64,000 nucleotides of DNA from the human T2T-CHM13v2.0 reference genome, Homo sapiens, in the NCBI RefSeq assembly GCF_009914755.1, contig NC_060929.1. One strand, written 5' to 3'. The number at the start of each line of letters is the position of its first letter. The stretch's first letter is position 1. Below the pieces are notes generated by a model, which saw only the letters and a list, made by a program, of their open reading frames with translations, searched no databases and was not told where the DNA came from. This document shows positions 1 to 15,200 of this stretch, one piece after another. The translations under genes were made by a program, and so were the position numbers.

Positions 1-809
1 GCAAGAAATATAGGCTGTAGAAGAGCTGATTTCAGTGTTTATCCTAAAACAGTCAGGTATACACTCAGAACATTGAAATAGGGCAAGTTCTCCCTAGTTC
101 TGCACCTTTGAATAATCAGAGTTGGGAGAAATGGATGTTGAGTGGCAATGGGAATTGAGGCTCTACCCTCATGTGCTTATAGCAGTATAGGTCTGAGGAT
201 AGTTGTGGTAGGAAGCACGGAAAACTAGATCAGAGGAAGAAGGGACACAAAAAACGGTAGCAGCAGGGTTAGCTCCAGGGCAGACCACAGAGTTGGCAAA
301 GTCAAGCTTTGATAACCTTGCCTTTTTTCCTCTATCCCATATCACAATGGGTCAATGCTAACATCTCTTTCTGCAGGTTTTTATTTAAAGTTGGCTATTT
401 AATAAGACCCAGGAGGCAGCTGGGAACCCAAGAATGAGCACTAGAATGAAAGACCTGTTTATTCCTCACTTTGCCACCGGCTGGTCACATGATCAGAACC
501 CTTATTGTTAATTTTACCTTCATCCTAAATAGCCCTCCTCTGTGCTCCCACAGCAGGCTCACAAGCATACCTTTTTCATTATATCCCAAAGACTATATTG
601 ACTATGCCACAGGAGTCCTTCCAGAAGCACTTTTACTGTAAGATAAGTTTTTCTTTTTAAGGGTGAAAAAGCCCTTGAGGTCACAAGGGATTCATTGATA
701 AAGGTGTATTGATAGATGGTGTGAATGATGTTTGAGCATCTTACCTTGTGACACAACAAACTAATATTTGTGGGTAATTGCCTTCTTCACTCATCTACCC
801 TAGACCAGT

Positions 810-897
810 CCTCCCTCCCTCCCTCCCTCCCTTCCTTTCCTTCCCCTTCCCCTTCCTTCCTTCTTTCCTTCCTTCCATCCTTCCTTCCTTTTTTTCT
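810..897. repeat. (CCCT)n/(CCTT)n polypyrimidine simple repeat
   Basis: Direct reading: ctccctccct...ccttccttcc...tttt. Confidence 0.9.
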
Positions 898-1180
898 TTA
901 ATTCTTGTCAGAAAAATAGTTGCAATGTGAATCTAAGAAAATAAAGATGTGGAGTACACAGAGCTTTGCTTCAGATTCTCTGGACTAAAGACTGACACTC
1001 ATCTAGATGCCAAAGATCCCATCAGTCACCACATTTTTTAGACTTCTGACTGCTAAGAAATATTTTGGATCTTCAGAATAGGTATCCTTTGGGGAAAAGA
1101 AAGGGATATATATTTTTTTGTTGACCCTTGCTACTTAAGTCTAGAAATTATGAAAGGGAAAAATTTGAAAACTGTTACTA

Positions 1181-1600
<420 letters not shown>

Positions 1601-2109
1601 AAGAAAAATGTTTCTGTCTTTTAGAAGCTGCACTCTCAAGACCAAGTACACTTTCAAAAGAGAAGACTGAAGAAATCTGAGTTCATCATCCCAGGACCCT
1701 GGAAATAGCGTAGGGTTAGGGTAAGTGCAGAGTTGTAGGAAAAATAGTCTAAACAAAGACATGGAGCAAGAAGAGGAAAGAGAATAAGACAGCAAAGAAA
1801 ACCATCATCATTGCTTCTCACAGGATGGCTGTGTTTGGATTAAAGACTGCCAGGCTGGACAAAGCCAGTAAACATACTACAGTGTTTTCTAGTCTACATC
1901 TATGTTTGTGAATGGCTAATAGCAAGATGACTATTATTAGACTGTTCCTATATACTCTTGCAAACTTTGTGGTGCACAATAGGCAATGTGTAATAAGAAA
2001 TAATCCATTAAGTGAGAAGAATGGAAAATTTATTTGTAGCCTTTTAACCTAATGAAAGGATAGAACATTAAAATTAATTAATTATCATTGGAAAAAAGCA
2101 TACCATGGG

Positions 2110-2650
2110 CTGAAATCAATGAATTTAAAAACAGAAAATCAATAGAGAAAATCAACAAAACCAAAAGCTGGTTTTTTGAAAAGACCAATGAAATCAATAA
2201 ATCTCTAGTCTGGCTAAGAAAAAAGAGGAAAGACCCAAATTACTAATATCAGAAATAAAAGAGGGGCCATCACTCCAGATCCTCTGGACATTAAAGGAAT
2301 TATAAACGAATAGTATAAATAATAACCATGTCTACAAACTTCATAACCTAAGTGAAATGGACAAATTTCTTGAAAGACACAATCTGCCAAAACTCACACA
2401 AGAAAGACTAGGCAGTCTGAGTAGGCCTGTACCTATTAAAGAAATTGAATCAATAATTAATAACCTTTCAAAGAAAGCACAAGGTCCAGATGGATTTAGT
2501 GGTGTATTCTATGAAAACTTTAAGGAAGAAATTATCCTAATTATCTATAATGTCTTCCAGAAAATACAAGGAGAGGGACTATATCCTAACTCTTTCTAAG
2601 AAGCCAGATTAATACCAAAACCAGACAAAGACACTGTGAGAAAATAACCC
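2110..2650 (+). mobile_element. Old L1M (L1MB/MC-like) ORF2 fragment, 5' part of the element interrupted by the L1PA
   Basis: ORF 2357-2599 MDKFLERHNLPKL...GPDGF is L1 ORF2-like; the sequence resumes colinearly at 9152. Confidence 0.85.
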
Positions 2651-3987
2651 GGTGGAAGGGCCAAGATGGGTGAATAGAAACAGCTCCGGTCTGCAGCTCC
2701 CAGCAAGACCGATGCAGAAGGTGGGGGATTTCTGCATTTCCAACTGAGGTACCCAGTTCATCTCATTGCGACTGGTTAGGCAGTGGGTGCAACCCACAGA
2801 GAGTGAACAGAAGCAGGGTGGGGCATTGCTTCACCTGGGAAGTGCACAGAGCTGGGGGACCTCCACCTCCCCAAGCCAAGGGAAGCAGTGAGGGACTGTG
2901 CTACCCGCCCTGGGGTACTATGCTTTTTCCATGGATTTTTGTAATCCGTTGCTCAGGAAATTCCCTCATGAGCCTACACCACCAGGTCCCTGGGTTTCAA
3001 GTACAAAACTGAGTGGCTGTTGGGCAGGCACTGAGCTGTAGGGTTTTTTTTTTTTTCCATACTCGAGTAGCACCCGGAACTCCAGTGAGACAGGAGAATC
3101 GTCCACTCCCTTGGAAAGGGGGCTGAAGCCAGGGAGCCAAGAGGTCTCGCTTAGCATGTCTCACTCCCATGGAGCCCAGCAAGCTAAGAAGCTCTGGCTT
3201 GAAATTCCCACTGCCAGCACAGCAGTCTGGAGTCGGCCTGAGTTTGGTGAGGGGAGGGGCGACCACCATTACTGTGCCTTTAGTAGGTGGTTTTCCCCTG
3301 ACAGTGCTAAAGAGACTGGGAGGTTGGGACTGGGTGGAACTCAGCACAGTGCAGCAAAGTAGCTGTGCCAGACTGCCTCTCTAGATTCCTCCTCACTGGG
3401 CAGGGCATTTCTGAAGGAAACCCAGCAGCTCCAGTCAGAGGCTTACAGACAAAACTCTCATCTCCCTGGGACAGAGCACCTAGGGGGAGGGGTAGCTGCG
3501 GTCACGGCTTCAGCCAGGCTTAATCTTTCCTGCCTGCTGGCTCTGAAGAGAGTGGCTGATCCTGACAAGGGCGATTCTTCCAGCTCAGCACACCAGCTCT
3601 ACTAAGGGACAGACTGCTTTCTCAAGTGGGTCCCTGCCATCGCCATGCCTCCTGACTGGGAGAGACCTCCCAACAGGTGTTGATAGACACCTCATACAGG
3701 AGACCTCTGGCTGGCATCAGGCCAGTGCCCCTCTGGGATGAAGCTTCCAAAGGAAGGAGCAGGCAACAATCTTTGCTATTCTGCAGCCTCCACTGGTGAT
3801 ACCCAGGCAAACAGGGTCTAGAGTGGACCTCCAGCTAACTGCAGCAGTCCTGCCGAAGAGGGGCCTGTTAGAAGAAAAAAATTAACAAACAGAAAGCAAC
3901 AACAACATCAACAAAAAAGAGTGCCCCACAAAAACCCCATCCAACAGTCAACAGCCTCAAAGATAAAAAGTAGATAAATCCATGAAG

Positions 3988-5010
3988 ATGAGGAAAAAAC
4001 AGCACAAAAACGCTGAAAATTCCAAAAGCCAGAATGCCTTTTCTCCTCCAAATGATCACAACTCCTCTCCAGCAAGGGCATGAAACTGGAGGGAGAGTGA
4101 GATTGATGAATTGACAGAAGTAGGCTTCAGAAGATGGGTAATAAAAAACACCTCTGAGCTAAAGGAGCATGTTCTAACCCAATGCAAAGAAGCTAAAAAC
4201 ATTGATAAAAGGTTACAGGAGTTGTTAACTAGAATAACCAGTTTAGAAAGGAACATAAATGACCTTATGGAGCTGAAAAACACAGCACAAAAACTTTGTG
4301 AAGCATACACAAATATTGATAGCCAAATCGATCAAGCAGTAGAAAGGATATAAGAGTTTGAAGACCATCCTGCTGAAATAAGGCATGCAGACAAGATTAG
4401 AGAAAAAAAGAATGAAAAGGAACAAACAAAGCCTCCAAGAAATATGGTACTATGTGAAAAGACTGAACCTATGATTGATTGGAGTACCTGAAAGAGATGA
4501 GAATGGAACCAAATTGGAAAACACACTTCAGGATATTATCCAGGAGGACTTCCCAACCTAGCAGGACGGGCCAACATTCAAATTCAGGAAATACAGAGAA
4601 CACCACTAAGATACTCCATGAGAAGATCAACCCCAAGACACATAATCATCAGATTCTCCAAGGTCAAAATGAAGAAAAAAAATGTTAAGGGCAGCCAGAG
4701 AGAAAGGCCAGGTCACCTACAAAGGGAAGCCCATCAGACTAACAGTGGATCTCTCAGCAGAAACCCTACAAATCAGAAGAGAGAGGGGGCCAATATTCGA
4801 CATTGTTAAAGAGACAATTTTCAACCCAGAATTTCATATCCAGCCAAATTAGGCTTCATGAGCAAAGCAGAAATACAGTCCTTTCTATATAAGCAAATGC
4901 TGAGGGATTTCATCACCACCAGGCCTGCCTTGCAAGAGCTCCTGAGGGAAGTACTAAATACGGAAAAGAAAAACAGGTACCAGACACTGTAAAAACACAC
5001 CAAAATATAA
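3988..5010 (+). pseudogene. L1 ORF1p remnant (stops and frameshifts)
   Basis: Fragments TEVGFRRWVIKNTSELKEHV... and RRSTPRHIIIRFSKV match L1 ORF1p. Confidence 0.9.
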
Positions 5011-5073
5011 AGACCAGTGACACTATGACGGAACTGTATCAACTAGTGTGCAAAATAACCAGATAGCATAATT

Positions 5074-8000
5074 ATGACAGCATCAAATTCACACATAACA
5101 ATATTAACCTTAAATGTAAATGGGCTAAATGCCCAAATTGAGAGACTGGGAAATTGGATAAAGAGCCAAGACCCATTGGTATGCTGTATTCAGGAGTCCT
5201 ATCTCACATGCAAAGACACACATTGGCTCAAAATAAAAGGATGGAGGAAAATTTACCAAGCAAATGGAAAGCAAAAAAGTAGGGGTTGTAATCCTAGTCT
5301 CTGATAAAACAGACTTTAAGCCAACACAGATAAAAAAAAAGGACAAAGAAGGGCATTACATAATGATAAAGGAATCAATGCAACAAGAAGAGCTAACTAT
5401 GCTAAATATATATGCACCCAATACAGGAGCACCCAGATTCATAAAACAAGTTCTTAGAGATCTATTAAGAGACTTAGACTCCCACACAATAATAGTGGGA
5501 AAGTTTAATACCACTGTAAATATTGGACAGATCAATGAGACAGAAAATTAACAAGGATATTCAGGACTTAAATTCAGCTCTTGATCAAGTGTACCTAATA
5601 GACATCTACAGAACTCTGCATCCTATATCAACAGAATATACATTCTTCTCAGTGCCACATGGCACTTATTCTAAAATCAACCACATAGTTGGAAGTAAAA
5701 CACTCCTCAGCAAATGCAGAAGAATGGAAATCGTAACAAACAGGCTCTCAGACCACAGTGCAATCAAATTAGAACTCAGGATTAAGGAACTCACTTAAAA
5801 CCACACAACTACATGGAAATTGAACAACCTGCTCCTGAGCGAATCCTGGGCAAATAAAGAAATTAAGGCAGAAATCAAGATGCTCTTTGAAAACAATGAG
5901 AACAAAGAGACAATGTACCAGAATCTCTAGGACACAGCTAAAGCAGTGTTAAGAGGGAAATTTATAGCACTAAATGCCGGCATCAGAAAGCTGGAAAGAT
6001 TTCAAATTGACACCGTAACATCACAATTAAATGAACCAGAGAAGCAAGAGCATACTAACCTAAAAACTACCAGAAGATAAGAAATAACTAAACTCAGAGC
6101 AGAAATGAAGGAGATAGAGACATGAAAAACCCTTGAAAAAATCGATCAATCCAGGAGCTAGCTGGCTTTTTGAAGAAATTAACAAAATAGATAGACGCTA
6201 GCTAGACTAATAAAGAAGAAAAGAGAGAAGAATCAAACAGATAATAAAAAATGATAAAGGGGATATCACCACTGACCCCACAGAAATACAAACTACCACA
6301 ACAGCATGCTATGAACACCCCTACAGAAATAAACTAGAAAATCTAGAAGAAATGGATAAATTCCTGGACACATACATCCTCCCAAGACTAAACCAGGAAA
6401 AAGTTGAATCCCTGAAATGACAAATAACAAGTTCTGAAATTGAGGCAGTAATTAATAGCCTACCAACCAAAAAAAGCTCAGGACCAGATGGATTCACAGA
6501 CGAATTCTACCAGAGGTACAAAGAGGAGCTAGTACCATTCCTTCTGAAACTATTCCAAACAATTGAAAAGGAGGGACTCCTCCCTAACTCATTTGATGAG
6601 GCCTGCATCATTCTGATACCAAAACCTGTTAGAGACACAACAAAAAAAGAAAACTTCATGCCAATATCCTCCATGAACATCGATGCAAAAATAAAATACT
6701 GGCAAACCAAATCCAGCAGCACATCAAAAAGGTTATCCAACATGATCAAGTTGGCTTCATCTGTGGGATGCAAGGCTGGTTCAACATACACAGATCAATA
6801 AACATAACCCAACACATAACATCAGTCATAACAGAACTGATGACAAAAACCACATGATTATCTCAATAGATGCAGAAAAAGGCTTTGATAAAATTCAACA
6901 TCCCTTTATGTTAAAAACTCTCAATAAATTAGGTATTGATGGAATGTATCTCAAAATAATAAGAGCTATTTATGACAAACCCATAGACAATATCATACTG
7001 AATGGGCAAAAGCTGGAAGCATTCCCTTTGAAAACCAGCTCAAGACAAGGATGCCCTCTCTCACCACTCCTTTTCAACATAGTGTTGAAAGTTCTGGCCA
7101 GGGCAGTCAGGCAAGAGAAAGAAATAAAGTAAGGGTATTCAAATAGGAATAGAAGAAGTCAAATTGTCTCTGTTTGCAGATGACATGATTGTATATATAG
7201 TTATCCCCATTGTGTCGCTGCCAAAACTCCTTAAGCTGATAAGCATAGTCTCAGGATACAAAATCAGTGTGCAAAAATCACAAGCATTCCTGTACACCAA
7301 CATGACAAGCAGACAGCCAAATCATGAATGAACTCCCATTCACAATTGTTACAAAGAGAATAAAATACCTAGGAATACAGCTGACAAAAGATGTGAAGGA
7401 CCACTTCAAGGAGGTCTACAAACCACTGCTCAAGGAAATAAGAGAGGACACAAACAAATGGGAAAACATTCCATCCTCTTGGATAGGAAGAATCAATATC
7501 ATGAAAATGGCCATACTGCCCAAAGTAATTTATAGATACAATGCTATTTCCATCAAGCTACCTGACATTCTTCACAGAATTAGAAAAAAATTACTTTAAA
7601 TTTCATATGGAACCAAAAAAGAGCCCATATAGCCAAGACAATGCTAAGCAAAACAAACAAAGCTGGAGGTATCACGCTACCTGACTTCAAACTATGTTAC
7701 AAGGCTACAGTAACCAAAACAGCATGGTACTGGTACCAAAACAGACATAATAGACCAATGTAACAGAACAGGCACCTCAGAAATACCACCACACAACTAC
7801 AACCATCTGATCTTCAACAAACCTGACAAAAACAAGCAATGGGGAAAGGATTCCCTATTTAATAAATGGTGCTGGGAAAACTGGCTAGCCATATGCAGAA
7901 ATCTGAAACTTGACCCCTTCCTTACACTTTATACCAAAATACCTCAGATGCATTAAAGACTTAAATGTAAAACTCAAAACCATAAAAACCCTGGAAGATA

Positions 8001-8876
8001 ACCTAGGCAATACCATTCAGGACATAGGCGTGGGCAAAGACTTATGACAAAAACACCAAAAGCAATTGCAACAAAAGCCAAAATTGACAAATGGGTTCTA
8101 ATTAAACTAAAGAGCTTCTGCACGGCAAAAGAAAAGATCATTAGAGTGAACTGGCAACCTATAGAATGGGAGAAAAGTTTTGCAATCTACTCATCTGACA
8201 AAGGTCTAATATCCAGAATTTACAGGGGACTTAAACAAATTTACAAGAAAAAAAAAACATCAAAAAGTGGGTGAAGGATATGAACAGACACTTCTCAAAA
8301 GAAGACATTTATGTGGCCAAAAAACATATGAAAAAAAGCTCATCATCACTGGTCATTAGAGAAATGCAAATCAAAACCACTATGAGACACCATCTCATGC
8401 CAATCAGAATGACGATCATTAAAAAGTTAAGAAACAATAGATGCTGGTGAGGCTGTGGAGAAATAGGAATGCTTTTACACTGTTGGTGGGAATGTAAATT
8501 AGTTCAACCATTGTGGAAGACAGCGTGGTGATTCCTCAAGGATCTAGAACCAGAAATACCATTTGACCCAGCAATCCCATTACTGGGTATATACCCAAAG
8601 GAATATAAATCATTCTAAAGACACATGCACACGTATGTTTATTGCAGCACTATTTACAATAGCAAAGACATGGATCCAAACAAAATGCCCATCAATGATA
8701 GATAGATAAAGAAAATGTGATACATATATACCTTGTGATACTATACAGCCATAAAAAAGGAAGAGTTCATGTCCTTTGCAGGTATATGGATGAAGCTGGA
8801 AGCCATCATCCTCAGCAAACTAACACAGGAACAGAAAACCAAACACTGCATGTTCTCACTCATAATTGGGAGTTGA
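5074..8876 (+). pseudogene. L1 ORF2p (endonuclease/reverse transcriptase) remnant
   Basis: MTASNSHITILTLNVNGLN (EN start), [41 protein letters not shown], tttgcagatgacatg (FADD); many frameshifts. Confidence 0.93.
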
Positions 8877-9151
8877 ACAATGAGAACACATGGACTCAGG
8901 GAGGGGAACAACACACACTGGGACCTGTTGGGGAGTCGGGGGGGAAGTGGGGAAGAGCATTAGGACAAATACCTAATGCATGCAGGGCTTAAAACCTAGA
9001 TGAGGGGTTGTTACGTGCAGCAAACCACCATGGCACATGTGTACCTATGTAACAAACCTGCATGTTCTGCACATGTATCCCAGAACATAAAGCAAAATAA
9101 AAATAAAAAATAAAAACAAACTTTTAATTTCCAAAAAAGAGAAAATAACCC

Positions 9152-10290
9152 TACAGACCAATATCTTTCATGTACATAGATCCAAAATTCTCAACAAAAT
9201 ATTAGCAAATTGAACCCACCAAGGTTAAAAAAAAAAAAAAGAATTATACACCCCAATCAAGTGTGATTTATTCCAAGTATGCATGGCTGATTCAACATTC
9301 AAAAATCAATTAATGTAGATTAATCACATCAAGAAGTCAAAGAAGAAAGATTATATGAACGTAACAATAGATGGAGAAAATTATTTGACAAAGTTCAATA
9401 ATCTTCATGATAAAATCTCTTACCAAATTAGGAATAGAGAGAATTTCCTCAACTAAATAACACCTACAAAAAACCACCTAAAGCTAACATACTTAATGAT
9501 GAGAAACTCAATGCTTTCCCTCTAATGTCAGGAACAAGTTGAGAAGGCCCCCTCTCACCACTGCTTTTCAACATCGTACTGGAAATTCCTAGCTAATGCA
9601 ATAAGACAAGAAATTGAAATAAAGACATGTGGATTGGAATGGAATAAGTAAATATATCTTTGTTTACAGATAACATTTGTCTGTGAAGATAATCCAAAAG
9701 ATACAACAACAACAACAATCCCCATATCCAAAACAAAAACAAAAATCTCTTCTGGAATGAATAAGTAATTCTAACAAGGCTGCAGGATATGGGGTTAATA
9801 TACAAGAGACAACTGCTTTTCTATATACCAGCAATAAACAAATGAAACTCAAAATTAAAAATACATTACCATTTACAACACCCTCCCAAAATAACATACT
9901 TTGGTATAACCCAATATGTACAAATTCTATTTGAAGGAAACAATAAAACTCTCTGAAAGATATCAAGGAACTAACTAAATGGAGAGCTATTCCATGTTCA
10001 TGGAGGGAAAGATTTAATATTGTCAGGATGCCAGTCTTCCCAACTTGATCTACAGATTCAATGCAATCACAATCAAAATCACAATAATTTTTTAGAAATA
10101 ATCAAACTGATTCTAAACTTTATATGGAGAGACAAAAGACCCAAAATAACCAAATCAATAATGAAGGAGAGGAACAAAGTTAGAGGAGTAACACTAATTG
10201 TCTTCCAGTCTTACTACAAAGCTACAATAATCAAGTTAGTGTTGTGTTGCCAAAAGAATAGATACTGGGGGAATTGAGATACCAGTGGAA
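9152..10290 (+). mobile_element. Old L1M ORF2 (RT region), continuation of 2110-2650
   Basis: tacagaccaatatc... follows ccagacaaagacactgtgagaaaataaccc in L1 consensus order; degenerate RT motifs. Confidence 0.85.
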
Positions 10291-10908
10291 ATAGGGAAAC
10301 TGAGATATCACTGGAATTTTTTCTTGAAAAAACATTTCTAAATGGGTTTGATTTTTGAATCACATAAAAGTTTGAAGTATTCAAATATTTATGAAAAATG
10401 GTGAAAAACATAAACTCTTTGATTACAAATATTAAGAAATGGACCTAATGTATACCAAGTTATTCTGTAAACACATAGGGAAAATGATGTATTTAAGTTA
10501 CTTTTCCTATAATATTACATAAATCCTTAGCGAAATATGGTCATAGGAAAGAACCACGCAATCAAATCTTGCACCTTACTTTGTAGTTTAGCTATTATTA
10601 ATGGTGTTTATGTTGCATTGATGCAATGTGTAAATACATTAATGTTGCTGGAAACCAGACTGTCTGCTGTGGAAGCAGAGAGAAACAAATATAAAACAGG
10701 GAATGTGAAGAAGAATCTGTGGTGGTAGACTTGAATTAGAGGCATCGATATGAGTACTTACAAACTTGTGATTTAAACATTTTATAGTAATTTTAAAGTT
10801 TTATGCCATTTGCTTCTGTGATTGCTTGAAACTTAGGAATATATTCCCCTACCTCCTGGCCTCCCACCCTGATGCAGTTCTGTCTATTAAAATGCCTGGC
10901 GTCAGTTA

Positions 10909-11376
<468 letters not shown>

Positions 11377-12059
11377 TCAGACACCACGTGCCAGAAATCA
11401 AGGAAGTGATCAAATCCAAATGGGGCTAAGTCAAAAGAATAAAAGGGCTAGCTTGAAGGCCTCCAATAGGAAAATGATGTACAATTTGGAATTTAAATAA
11501 TAATATTAACAACAATGGATTAAAATGCCAATAAATCATAGTGAAAGAGAGAGAGAGAGAAGGGAAAAGATTTTTCTCTACAGATGAATGCCAGAAAATA
11601 AATCTAAAATAAATGATAGAATTAGAAAATCACCATTTTACATGTCCCCAATGTAATAAGTGATTCAGGCAAAGATTATCAATAGATAATAATACTATTG
11701 GATGAATATTACTAAGGAATAAGATAGTCATGCAATCTCGAAGTATCATTTGTCAATTACTTATTAACTACAAAGAGAAAATTGTACCTTGTTACAGAGA
11801 CATCTGGCAGTCACCAGCTGAACAAAATCTTCAAACTTTGCACCACCATCATGGGACAGCCTGACATATGTGCACCTTGAGATAAGGTAGTAAAAAGAAC
11901 ACAGTCTAATTCTGTAATGTTCCAGGCAAAAATCTTTAACCTGAGTCTTATGAGGAATACATGAAACTAATCCAAAGTGTGTGATATATTCTTTATGATA
12001 ACTACCTGGAATCTTCAAAAACTGTTCTAAAATCAGAGAAGGTAAAGGCAATGTTATAG

Positions 12060-12295
12060 ATCAGAAGTCAGTAAACTTTTTCTGTGAAGGGCAGATAGCA
12101 AATGTGTCATGCTTTGTGGGTCACATAGAAGTCTCTGTTGTATATTCTTCTTTCTTTTTTCTTCTTCTTTGCTTTTTGTCCGTGTAGTTTGGCTTTACAA
12201 CTCTTAAGAAATGTAAAGATCCTTCTTAGCTTGAGATACAAGAACAGACCATGCAGGATTGGTCTGTGAGTCACAGTTTACTTACTAACTGTTGT
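12060..12295 (-). mobile_element. MER58-family hAT-Charlie MITE
   Basis: gtcagtaaacttttctgtgaagggcagatagcaaat...gctttgtgggtcacata resembles the reverse MER58 terminus. Confidence 0.6.
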
Positions 12296-15200
12296 CCTAG
12301 AGTAAAAGAAAATGACAAGACATAACAACCAAATGTAATTTGTGAACCTTGATTAAAAAACAAAACACCTATAAAAGTCATTTTTGAACTAGCAGGAGAA
12401 ATTCAAATGTGTTCTGTATATTAGAAGATATTTTTGAATTATTGCTTCTTTTCTATATGATCATAGTGTTATGATTATATTGGAAGATGTCCTTCTTAAG
12501 CAATGCCTGCCAAAATATTCTGAAGGGAAGCATCATAATGGCCACAATTTACTTTGAAATTTTTCAGGGAAGAAAATAGAAATAAAAGATACTAGGAGTC
12601 AATAAGTGTTCTTAAATGATTGAATGGATGTACATCCAATTTACCCATTCTTTTGCAAATATACTTGGAGAGCTAAAAGATCATAAAAAATCAATTGCCA
12701 GATTCTATGCAGAAATGGATGAAATCAAACCTTTGGAATTGAGTTTAGATTTGATTTATTAGTATGGGAAGATTTGGGTCATACTTGAATGGTCAGAGAG
12801 GAAGAAAAAATTGATCAGCTTTAGAGTAAAAAGAAGGTATTAAGAGAAATCATAATGACAAATTATTTTTTAAGTTTCTGATCAGAATGCTGGATCTATA
12901 AATTCCACAGAGACTATTACTCAAACGTGTTCATTTTGCAGATAAGGAAACCACTGCCTAGACAGGCTTTGCTGTGTGTCAAAATTTATCAAACAGTTAG
13001 TGTAAGAACAGGGACTATAATGTACCGTATGTCTGTCTTTTCACTATACTATAGCTACTTAATACAGCCCAAAGGTATAGATGTGATAAAGCCCTCATTG
13101 ACCTTAATTTATAAGATTGGCTTTCCTAGCAATCCCTTCAAATACAGCAAAATGTTCAATACATTTTTTTTTCTATATGTGACTATCACTAGATAAAGAC
13201 AGAATAAATAACAAGTTGAATAATTTACTAATTTGCTGGAAATTATCCAGTAAATTCAGGCTATGTGTGCAAACGTTAGGGCAAAAATGTTATTAAATAT
13301 ACTGCCTTCTGCCTCTCAAATAAACAAACTCAGAGGGCACTCAACTTTGTGAGGTTAGAGAAAAGAACTCTGGTGTTGTTTGTTTGTGATTTACGTTGTA
13401 AAGCACAGAAGTACTTAGACAGGAGATCTATTTGCAAAAGTCTGATTATCTTGTAGAGGCTCCTTCCTAGGTCAGAAGAGCTTTTCCTTGCTGTCACAAT
13501 GAAAGTGGAACTTGATGGCATCTAATGAACGATTTAAAGATATCACATTCAAAGCTAAGGGGAATGAGAGTTAGGATCCTGGGAGAGGGAGGAATTGGAG
13601 GGATGTGAGGTACAGAAATCCATAGTAGAAAGAAACTCAGCAGAGAAGATGTGAAGTGGAGGAGTTTTCCTCCCTTCCAGAGACAAAAGGGATAATTTTA
13701 TGGTTTGCTTTGAGAGACAGAGTGAAGAATCCAGGTGCTCTGAAGATTCACTTGCATTTGATGGATGTGAATTCCTTCCAGTTTTATATTCAAAAGTACT
13801 TCTTTATTTTTTAAAAAAAAAGAATTGTGAGGATTTGTGTGTCGATAGTAACCTTAAATCTCTAGTAGCTAGAATTAGTAAAGTTCTAATTATCTTATAT
13901 TGGAGTTCTACATCCAAGGACACCTCTATTAAAAGGAGGTTTCTGTGTGGTCTGTTGTAAAGATGGCTTTGATGTCTTTACCAAAAGGTGTCTTTTCACT
14001 GTAAAAAGAATGGAGCAGTGGCTGCCCGTGGCTGCCTTCAGTGTGAGAATGTGCTGGAATATTTTATTGTTGGGTTGGCATTGAAGTTCTGCTGTGAAAT
14101 GATTTTTATGAATGCTATTCCCTGGGAGGCTCACAGAACTGAGAATTTCATGTCATGAGGCCATGATCCCAGGGAGCAGAAATCAAATAAATAAAGGTCT
14201 TGGGGAATTATGGTCTATGGGATATATTTTCTTCTCAAAATGAGTCCATAGTTCACTTTGATGGTAAGTTTAAATGGATCATATGAGAGCAGAAAAACAC
14301 ATCTATCTTTAAGTGGTAACAAACTTCCATTTAAGAATTTCCCCTGTAAAAATAATATCTGAGGTCTAAAATTCAAGAAAAAACATAAGACAAGAAAAGA
14401 GAATAGTTATTATAGTAAAGGAAGATGGTTTAGGATACAGCTTTAAAGCTTTTGATTTAATGATATTTATATTTAGGAAATGGAAAGTGGCAATTTGGAG
14501 CATCGTATTCCATAAGGTTATATGCTTGAGGGCTCTTTTCTAACAGCCATATTAAAAGGGTTTCTCCTTAAGGAGAAGTAGGTTAATTTCAAGAAAGAAG
14601 AGCCAAAAATAGGTTGCCTATAGCTGAAGACCAAGGAACCAACTTTAACTTGAAGCAGAATGGAGAGAACTGCTGGTTATGTTCTGTATCAATGCAATTA
14701 TCTCTATAGCAGAATAATTTGAAAATATTTTTTAAAATATGAATTATTACATCCTGACCCCACAAAAATTCTGAGCAAATGTTTAGTAGGTCCGGCTCAA
14801 GGAAACTGTATCATTATCTTCTAGGAAGTGTTAGGGAGGACGTTTTAGAACACAGTGGGAGAACAATAATTAACAAAAGCTTCATATTCAAATTTGAGAC
14901 ACAGACCGCCTTCAAACATTCCTATTCTGAAAGACTATTAGGCTGACTTATCCATTGATAATAACAATGATTTGGACAACTTTTGTAATATGGATCGAAA
15001 CTCTAAATAATTGAGACCATTTGTAGTCATTAGCAGAACCCAAGTCATTGAAATATAAGAGTAATACATAGCGGATTTTTCAATCTGTAGTAAAAGGAAA
15101 AGAAAGTTTTGGAGTATGTTTTTCCTGCCAGAGTGTTATGAGAGTCAAATGTGAGATATTTGGTAAGAGAACACTGAAAAACTCTACTCTACACAAATGT

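Larger units (their letters stand above)
2651..9138 (+). mobile_element. Full-length LINE-1 (L1PA8/PA10-like), inactive
   Basis: 5' end gggccaagatgg..gaatagaaacagctccggtctgcagctcccagc; about 1.3 kb 5'UTR, ORF1, ORF2, 3'UTR with gcttaaaacctagatga, A-rich tail; 13-bp TSD gagaaaataaccc at 2638-2650 and 9139-9151. Confidence 0.95.

Noticed and set aside
8929-8953. G-rich tract with G-quadruplex potential
   Set aside because: Standard polypurine feature of L1 3'UTRs.
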